Assembly: GCA_021648585.1 (NCBI GenBank)
Contig: JAKISM010000001.1
Location: 1 to 46,206, forward strand
DNA from: Devosiaceae bacterium
GTDB lineage: Bacteria > Pseudomonadota > Alphaproteobacteria > Rhizobiales > Devosiaceae
Length of the DNA: 46,206 nucleotides
Reading direction: 5' to 3'
The position numbers and the translations under genes were made by a program. Shown one piece after another: positions 40,535-46,206 of the stretch. The notes under the pieces were generated by a model, which was given only the letters and a program-made list of their open reading frames with translations, made no database searches and was not told where the DNA came from. The number at the start of each line of letters is the position of its first letter. The stretch's first letter is position 1.

Positions 40535-42433
40535 TTATTCATTTACCTGCGCTGCCTGTACTTTTTCTAGTTCACTAGTTTTTTCAAACCACAGCGCCTC
40601 GCTATTCTCGATTTGCTTTTCAATTTTTGCTTTATCAGAACCAAGCACTATGACTTTTTCTGGCTCGCCTTCACCATTATAGAGTTCTGGATTTTCTAAT
40701 TGCGCTTCAATTTTTTCTAATTCAATATTTAGATGAGCAGTTTTTTGCTCTATTTGCGATATTTCTTTTTTCAAAGGAGAGAGCCGTTCTCGCTTTTGTG
40801 CTGCAATTTTTCGTTGTACTTTTTTATCATTAGAATTATTTTTGTTCCCTGATTTTGATTTAGAACGTGTAGCAAGACCAAGTAATTTTCGCTTATAAGC
40901 ATCAATATCATCATCGTAAATTTCTATTGTGCCATTTTGCGCAATCCAAATTTGATCAACGGTAGATTTTATGAGGTGGCTATCATGCGAGATGATTAAA
41001 ACCGCACCTTCATATTCATTTAGTGCCGCAATAAGCGCATCACGACTATCAATATCAAGGTGATTGGTTGGCTCATCAAGGATTAACATGCCCGGCCCCT
41101 TAAAGGTAATAAGCCCTAATAAAAGACGTGCTTTTTCACCACCCGAAAGTTTCTTGGCAAGAGTATCCATTTTATCAATGCCAAGCCCCATTTGCGCTAC
41201 TCGAGCCCGTCGTTTGGCCTCGCTATCGTGGGGCATAAGGGTTTCAACATGCTCAAGAGGGGTTTGTTCTGGCTTTAGCACATCCATTTGATGTTGCGCA
41301 AAAAAGGCAATCTCAAGACCACGCCCACGCCGTAATTGCCCCTCCATTGCTTTAAGCTCATTGGCAATAAGTTTTGCAAAGGTAGATTTACCATTGCCGT
41401 TCACCCCCAATAGACCAATCCTATCATCAGGATCGATACGCAAATTCATATTGCTTAAAACTGGTGCGCCATCATAACCAACCGATACATTATCAAAATC
41501 CAGCATCGGGTTTGCCATTTGTTTTTTTGGATTAGTAAACTTAAAGGGCAGGGCATTATCATCAAATAATGCTTCTGGCGGCCTTAGTTTTTCAATCATT
41601 TTTAAGCGAGCTTGCGCCTGTTTTGCCTTTGTTGCTGAATAGCGAAAGCGATCAACAAATTTTTGCATGTGAGCGGCTTTATTGAGTTGTTTATCTCGTG
41701 ATTTATTTGAAAGCTCCATTTGCATTAAACGAGTTTTTTCAAAAATATCATAGTTGCCTTTGTAAAAAGTCAGTTTTCCTTTATCAAGATGAATGATAGA
41801 ATTTACAGATTTATTGAGCAAATCCCTATCGTGAGAAATCATAAAAACCGTATAGGGATAGGTGGCAAGGTAATTTTCAAGCCATAAAGTACCCTCTAAA
41901 TCAAGGTAGTTTGTTGGTTCATCAAGCAATAATAAATCAGGTTGCGAGAATAATACACCAGCCAGCGCCACCCTCATGCGCCAACCACCCGAAAGTTCAG
42001 AGCAAGCGATATTTTGTCTTTCATGCTCAAAGCCAAGACCACGTAAAATATTGCTCGCTCGCCCTTCGGCAGAATGCGCATCAATATCAGCTAAGCGCAT
42101 ATGTATTTCAGAAATTCTATGCGCATCGGTTGCAGTTTCTGCTTCCGCTAATAATGCAGTGCGTTCAATATCAGCATTTAGCACCACCTCAAGCACAGAT
42201 TGCTCCGTTGAGGGTGCTTCTTGCGCTACCGTGCCAATTTTGGCTCGCTTAAAAACAGAAATATCACCATCGTCAGGGGCAAGTTTCTTTAAGATAAGAT
42301 TGAATAAAGTAGTTTTGCCAGTGCCGTTTTTGCCAACAAAGCCTGTTTTACTGCCCGATGGCAAATTAACGTTTGCCTTATCGAACAACAACCTTTGGTC
42401 AAATCTAAATGTTAAGTCAGTAATTGAGAGCAT
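40535..42433 (-). CDS. ABC-F family ATPase (Uup/YheS-like; two NBDs and a C-terminal coiled coil)
   Basis: Two Walker A sites (GKNGTGKTT, GVNGNGKST), two signatures (LSGGWRMRVALA, LSGGEKARLLLG), no TM domain and a K/E-rich coiled-coil tail. I prefer the start at 42433 (MLSITDLTFRF), preceded by AAGGA. Confidence 0.9.
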   Translation of the reverse strand: MLSITDLTFRFDQRLLFDKANVNLPSGSKTGFVGKNGTGKTTLFNLILKKLAPDDGDISVFKRAKIGTVAQEAPSTEQSVLEVVLNADIERTALLAEAETATDAHRISEIHMRLADIDAHSAEGRASNILRGLGFEHERQNIACSELSGGWRMRVALAGVLFSQPDLLLLDEPTNYLDLEGTLWLENYLATYPYTVFMISHDRDLLNKSVNSIIHLDKGKLTFYKGNYDIFEKTRLMQMELSNKSRDKQLNKAAHMQKFVDRFRYSATKAKQAQARLKMIEKLRPPEALFDDNALPFKFTNPKKQMANPMLDFDNVSVGYDGAPVLSNMNLRIDPDDRIGLLGVNGNGKSTFAKLIANELKAMEGQLRRGRGLEIAFFAQHQMDVLKPEQTPLEHVETLMPHDSEAKRRARVAQMGLGIDKMDTLAKKLSGGEKARLLLGLITFKGPGMLILDEPTNHLDIDSRDALIAALNEYEGAVLIISHDSHLIKSTVDQIWIAQNGTIEIYDDDIDAYKRKLLGLATRSKSKSGNKNNSNDKKVQRKIAAQKRERLSPLKKEISQIEQKTAHLNIELEKIEAQLENPELYNGEGEPEKVIVLGSDKAKIEKQIENSEALWFEKTSELEKVQAAQVNE

Positions 42434-42529
42434 AAAAAATCCTTGTTGAAAGGGCTGTTTAGACATATTCACGCTTTGATGCAACATTGCTATTGCAAGA
42501 AATTAAAACTGGGGCTAAAAGGCGCACAA

Positions 42530-42655
42530 TATAGTATTTTCTAAATTCAATTATGCTAATTGAATTACGCTGGCTTCGCTGCGCACCGCACTCGCTATCG
42601 CTTCGTGCGGTGACAGTATTTAGCATTGAAAATGCTAAATACTGTAATAACCAAA
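42530..42655 (-). repeat. Triple-hairpin, TIR-bounded intergenic element, copy 2 (inverted relative to copy 1)
   Basis: Its reverse complement aligns with 17945-18059. It has a perfect 15-bp stem (ACAGTATTTAGCATT/AATGCTAAATACTGT), CACCGCAC/GTGCGGTG with a larger 13-nt loop, and AATTCAATTA/TAATTGAATT. Confidence 0.8.
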
Positions 42656-42678
42656 AAAAACTCTTAAGGATTAAATTA

Positions 42679-43101
42679 ATGGCCGTTCAACGTACTTTTT
42701 CTATTATTAAACCAGACGCAACAAAGCGTAATTTAACTGGCAAAATCATCGCCAAATTTGAAGATGCAGGTCTTAGAATTGTAGCGTCAAAACGCATTCA
42801 CATGAGCCGTGAGCAAGCTGAGGGTTTTTATGGCGTACATAAAGATCGTCCATTCTTTGGCGAATTAGTTGATTTTATGATTTCAGAACCTGTTGTTGTG
42901 CAAGTACTTGAGGGTGAAGACGCTATTGCTAAAAACCGTGAAGTAATGGGCGCAACTAACCCTAGCGAAGCTGATGCAGGCACAATCCGTAAAGAGTTTG
43001 CTTTATCAATCGGTGAAAACTCAGTGCATGGCTCTGATGCGCCTGAAACTGCCGCTGAAGAAATCAAGTTTTTCTTTTCAGAGAAAGAAATAGTTGGCTA
43101 G
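42679..43101 (+). CDS. ndk: Nucleoside-diphosphate kinase (140 aa)
   Basis: Contains [10 protein letters not shown] and the active-site motif NSVHGSD. The start at 42679 (MAVQRTF) is preceded by AAGGA. The track ORF start at 42553 reads through the repeat element and is an artefact. Confidence 0.95.
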   Translation: MAVQRTFSIIKPDATKRNLTGKIIAKFEDAGLRIVASKRIHMSREQAEGFYGVHKDRPFFGELVDFMISEPVVVQVLEGEDAIAKNREVMGATNPSEADAGTIRKEFALSIGENSVHGSDAPETAAEEIKFFFSEKEIVG

Positions 43102-43125
43102 TCTTATTTCAATAATTATCTTTTT

Positions 43126-43153
43126 GGGTCGTCATTTGACGGCCCTTTTTTTT
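43126..43153 (+). terminator. Rho-independent terminator downstream of ndk
   Basis: 8-bp stem GGGTCGTC/GACGGCCC (one G-U pair) with an ATTT loop, followed by a T8 run. Confidence 0.75.
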
Positions 43154-43243
43154 GGCATTTTTATGTTAATGAAAAAAAAGTACTTCTAAGCCTATCTTAT
43201 GGGTGAAATTAATATAATCACTTGGCAGATTCTAAGATATATA

Positions 43244-44803
43244 ATGAAATTTATTGAAAAACTAAAAAGCAAATTCTCATCAAATTCAAATGACAAGAAT
43301 TTAGTAAAAAAATTAAGCAAACATCAAAAATCTGCTCTTGATGGATTTGATAAGAATATTCCACTTGTGCTTGATTTAGATGAATGTTTGCTAAAGACAG
43401 ATTTTCTTTATGAGAGCCTGTTTTCTTATATTAAATCAAACCCATTTCGATTATTTAACGCCATGAATTGGTATTTTAATGGTGGCAAAATACGCTTAAA
43501 ACAAGAGTTAGAACAGATAGTTGAATATGATGTTGATCTATATCCGCAAAATGATGAAGTAGTAGAATTAGCAAAATTAGAAGTTAAAAAGGGGCGTAAA
43601 GTTCATTTAGCAACCGCCTCAAATATTACTTTTGCAAAAAAAATAGCCAAACGCTTTAGTTTTATTTCAAATATTCATGCAACAGATAAAAATATAAACC
43701 TCAAAGCAATCAATAAAGCAAATGAATTGCAAAAAAAATATCCGAACGGTTTTATCTATGCTGGTGATAGCAAGGCGGATTTAGTTGTTTGGGAAAAAGC
43801 TAAGGGCATTATCATTGTTGGGGCAAACAAATCAACTATTGCAAAAATCAAACAAGACAGAACTCCAAATATTATAATAGACAAGCAATATTCAACATTC
43901 AAAACCATAAGAAAAGCCTTGCGTGTTCATCAATGGGCAAAAAATATATTAGTTTTTGTTCCGCTTTTTCTTAGTGGTACATTTACTAGTCCAGCAAACT
44001 GGCTACTAGCTCTCATCGGGTTTTTTGCTCTCTCAATGCTTGCTTCTGCAACCTATATTATTAATGATTTATGGGACTTAGAAGATGATAGAGCGCATTG
44101 GTCAAAGCGTTTTCGCCCCTTAGCCTCAGGTAATCTCTCACTTCCTTACGGCATTATTTTGGCATTCATGGCTTTTATAATAGCTTTTCTATTATCATTA
44201 CTCTTACCCATAATGGCGCAATTATTAATGTTATTATATCTGATAACAACTTTGCTATATTCTTTCTTTCTTAAAAAACAAGCCATTGTTGATGTCGTAA
44301 CAATCGCCGCTTTATTTGTTTTAAGAGTAGCCTTTGGCGCTTATGTTATTAGCGTTTATCAATCTTCATGGTTGTTGGTTTTTGCTATGGCACTATTCCT
44401 TTCACTATCGTTTGCCAAGCGCACGGTTGAGGTGCAAAAACTTGCAGAGCATAAAAAAGATAAAGCTAGTGGGCGTGGCTATCGGGCAGGGGACGCTAAT
44501 ATTCTTATGATATTGGGGGCAGCCTCTGGCATGTCATCAGTCATAGTTATGGTGATGTATATTTTTAACGATGCTTTTAATGCGCAATTTTATTCAGCGC
44601 CATTCATATTATGGGCTTTTCCAATAGTTTTGCTTATTTGGGTTTGCCATATTTGGATTACTTGCGCACGAGGCGAGTTAAATGATGATCCAGTTATTTT
44701 TGCCCTAAGAGACAAAAAAAGCCTCGCCTTAGCTGGCATATTGCCAATCGTATTTGTTCTTTCATGGGCATCTAAGCCTTGGTTTGCTTTGCTGGGCATT
44801 TAG
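43244..44803 (+). CDS. Fusion protein: N-terminal HAD-IB-like phosphatase domain + C-terminal UbiA-family polyprenyl-phosphate phosphoribosyltransferase (DPPR-synthase-like)
   Basis: HAD motifs are present: I LVLDLDECLL (DxD), II HLATAS, IV AGDSKAD. The UbiA part has NDLWDLEDDRAHWSKRFRPLASG (NDxxDxxxD...RP.A.G) in a polytopic body. FAKRTVEVQKL...GRGYR and a C-terminal ELNDDPVIFALRDK resemble Rv3806c-type enzymes. The start is either 43244 (MKFIEKL) or 43199. Confidence 0.7.
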   Translation: MKFIEKLKSKFSSNSNDKNLVKKLSKHQKSALDGFDKNIPLVLDLDECLLKTDFLYESLFSYIKSNPFRLFNAMNWYFNGGKIRLKQELEQIVEYDVDLYPQNDEVVELAKLEVKKGRKVHLATASNITFAKKIAKRFSFISNIHATDKNINLKAINKANELQKKYPNGFIYAGDSKADLVVWEKAKGIIIVGANKSTIAKIKQDRTPNIIIDKQYSTFKTIRKALRVHQWAKNILVFVPLFLSGTFTSPANWLLALIGFFALSMLASATYIINDLWDLEDDRAHWSKRFRPLASGNLSLPYGIILAFMAFIIAFLLSLLLPIMAQLLMLLYLITTLLYSFFLKKQAIVDVVTIAALFVLRVAFGAYVISVYQSSWLLVFAMALFLSLSFAKRTVEVQKLAEHKKDKASGRGYRAGDANILMILGAASGMSSVIVMVMYIFNDAFNAQFYSAPFILWAFPIVLLIWVCHIWITCARGELNDDPVIFALRDKKSLALAGILPIVFVLSWASKPWFALLGI

Positions 44804-44807
44804 AGCA

Positions 44808-45212
44808 ATGGATAAATATAAAAGAATAATTTCGTTTCTTTTTGTAGGTGGCAGTGCAGCACTAGTAAATTGGCTTGCACGGATTGCCCTTTCAAATTTT
44901 ATGCAATATGAATTGGCGGTATTCTTTGCCTATATAATCGGTATGATAGTTGGATATATCGGATATCGCTTTTTAGTCTATAAAGCATCTAGCCATTCGA
45001 TTGGCGCAGAAATTTTACGCTTCATTGCAGTTAATGCAATTTCTGGGGTGTTTGTAATATTGTTTGCTAGCCTATTAATGCGAGTAATTCTTCCATACTT
45101 TGGCCTAAGCCTATATGTCGAAGAAGTAGGGCACGCTATCGCCATTGCACTTGGTGCGGTGATTAATTATCATGCTCATGCCCGCATTACTTTTGCGAAC
45201 AAAAATAGTTAA
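44808..45212 (+). CDS. GtrA-family membrane protein
   Basis: 134-aa 4-TM protein. The N-terminus KRIISFLFVGGSAALVNWLARIAL and the overall layout are typical of GtrA-like proteins (PF04138-type). The start lies 4 nt after the upstream stop, so the genes are probably co-transcribed. The track start at 44754 lies inside the upstream gene. Confidence 0.75.
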   Translation: MDKYKRIISFLFVGGSAALVNWLARIALSNFMQYELAVFFAYIIGMIVGYIGYRFLVYKASSHSIGAEILRFIAVNAISGVFVILFASLLMRVILPYFGLSLYVEEVGHAIAIALGAVINYHAHARITFANKNS

Positions 45213-45216
45213 ACAT

Positions 45217-46206
45217 TTAAGTTGTAGTTGCTAAAATCACCATAGTTACAACATTTAATATTAAGCCAAAACTCACTAGCGCACCAAACAGAGGCAGCAT
45301 ATCTTTACGTAAAGCGGTTGCTAAAATTATAAAAGCCACAGGCAACCAATCAAGCGTATAGCGCTGAACATTATATTGGCTAGTGCCATTTGAGTGGTAG
45401 AATAATGTGATGCCAATAATTATAAGGCTAACAATCACTCCAATAATAATCACTCTTAGTGAGAAGATAGTATTTTCAGAAATTTGAGATTTTTTAGCTA
45501 TTGGAGTTAAAGCTAAGAAAAACAAAAACGGACTAGCGACTAATAAAGCAGCTCCTTTTGGGTCAAGCGAGCCAATATCATTAAGGTATTTGCCAACAAA
45601 CTCTATGTCTAACCCCTGAAACAATAAATGAGTAATGTTGAACAAGAAATAATCAGCGTTAAATACGCCTAAATCCAATAAGCGATTATATATAAAATTG
45701 CCAGCTGCACTAACTTCTGATGGCTCAAGATATTGATATCCTGTGTCCATTATACTGCCAAAGCGCAAATAATTATAGATAAAATAAATGCTAATGGCAA
45801 AAGCAATTGGAATTGCCATAGAGATAAATTTTAATAATCTATCACGATTAATAGTGAATAATGGCAAACCATCTTCTATAAGAATAGCAAAAATAAATGG
45901 CGCAATCAGAATTGTCATTTGCCTTGATAAGAAAGAACAGCCAACTAATATTCCCGCAAATATTGCAGCTCTATAACTATCCCTTTTATTCAGCACATAA
46001 TATAGCGCAAGGCTAAGGCTAAAAAAGGAAATGCTCTGGGCAAAAAACCAAACCCTATCACCTCTAATTATCACATATAATAATGGTGATGAAAAAAGTA
46101 TGGCAATGACAAATAGAAAAGCGATTGATTTATCTTTGCCAAGCCTACGAATTATCTTCCACCAGACAAACCCTGTTGCCAAAAATACAATTATAGAAAT
46201 TGCAAT
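45217..46206 (-). CDS. Polytopic GT-C-fold-like glycosyltransferase (ArnT/PMT/arabinosyltransferase-like), N-terminus outside window
   Basis: The reading frame is open to the window edge (IAISIIVF precedes the TTG used by the track). It has many TM helices with loops typical of lipid-linked-sugar transferases. It is convergent with the GtrA gene, with only 4 nt between the stops. The family assignment is tentative because the catalytic N-terminal loop is missing. Confidence 0.55.
   Translation of the reverse strand: MAISIIVFLATGFVWWKIIRRLGKDKSIAFLFVIAILFSSPLLYVIIRGDRVWFFAQSISFFSLSLALYYVLNKRDSYRAAIFAGILVGCSFLSRQMTILIAPFIFAILIEDGLPLFTINRDRLLKFISMAIPIAFAISIYFIYNYLRFGSIMDTGYQYLEPSEVSAAGNFIYNRLLDLGVFNADYFLFNITHLLFQGLDIEFVGKYLNDIGSLDPKGAALLVASPFLFFLALTPIAKKSQISENTIFSLRVIIIGVIVSLIIIGITLFYHSNGTSQYNVQRYTLDWLPVAFIILATALRKDMLPLFGALVSFGLILNVVTMVILATTT

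Noticed and set aside
42553-42678. A 42-codon N-terminal extension of ndk in the ORF track ([20 protein letters not shown]...).
   Set aside because: The extension is the triple-hairpin repeat element read in frame. Ndk homologues start at [13 protein letters not shown], which here has its own AAGGA RBS. Similar over-extensions were trimmed for gltA (35770-35838), the ABC-F gene (42434-42487), lolD, nuoM, nuoI, proS and the GtrA gene.
42664-42679. Clustered TTAA motifs upstream of ndk, as a possible CtrA box (TTAA-N7-TTAA).
   Set aside because: The spacings are N3 and N8, not N7, so the site does not fit the CtrA consensus.
1-46206. Search by eye for CRISPR arrays, tRNA/rRNA genes, IS elements, integrases, toxin-antitoxin pairs or phage genes.
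   Set aside because: There is no regularly spaced direct-repeat array and no tRNA-like T-arm (GTTCGAATC-type) in any intergenic gap. No transposase- or integrase-like ORFs are present. All gaps longer than 100 nt were inspected individually.

Overview
This window is mostly a compact, core chromosomal segment from a low-GC alphaproteobacterium. Its gene order matches the Rhizobiales/Hyphomicrobiales pattern; I cannot assign a species from sequence alone. Reading left to right on the + strand: nuoF (5' truncated by the window edge) through nuoN, birA, RNase J, proS, lolC and lolD. A minus-strand carboxylate-amine ligase follows, then a long intergenic region, a 4-TM membrane protein and dnaE. 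Next comes the conserved block rpsB-tsf-pyrH-frr-uppS-cdsA-rseP-bamA-lpxD-fabZ-lpxA-lpxB. The strand then switches to gltA and gltX (-), comEC (+), a secreted HExxH protein (-), an ABC-F ATPase (-) and ndk (+). The right end looks accessory: a HAD-phosphatase::UbiA-type polyprenyl-phosphate phosphoribosyltransferase fusion, a GtrA-family protein, and a convergent GT-C-like glycosyltransferase cut by the window edge. I found no rRNA, tRNA, CRISPR array, IS element, integrase or prophage genes. Most of the window is ordinary housekeeping DNA. The items worth a second look are: (1) the three-gene polyprenyl-phosphate-pentose module at 43.2-46.2 kb, the best candidate for an undescribed envelope-glycan system; (2) a ~115-bp triple-hairpin element with terminal inverted repeats, present twice in inverted orientation, whose same end lies 27-28 nt upstream of a start codon in both copies; (3) a ~135-aa C-terminal extension on ribosomal protein S2 ending in a helix-hairpin-helix-like module; (4) a short BamA with apparently four POTRA domains; (5) lpxA and lpxB adjacent with no lpxI between them; (6) a GC-rich palindromic element between lolD and the ligase gene. 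Functional calls rest on motifs I recognise in the supplied translations. No database search was possible.
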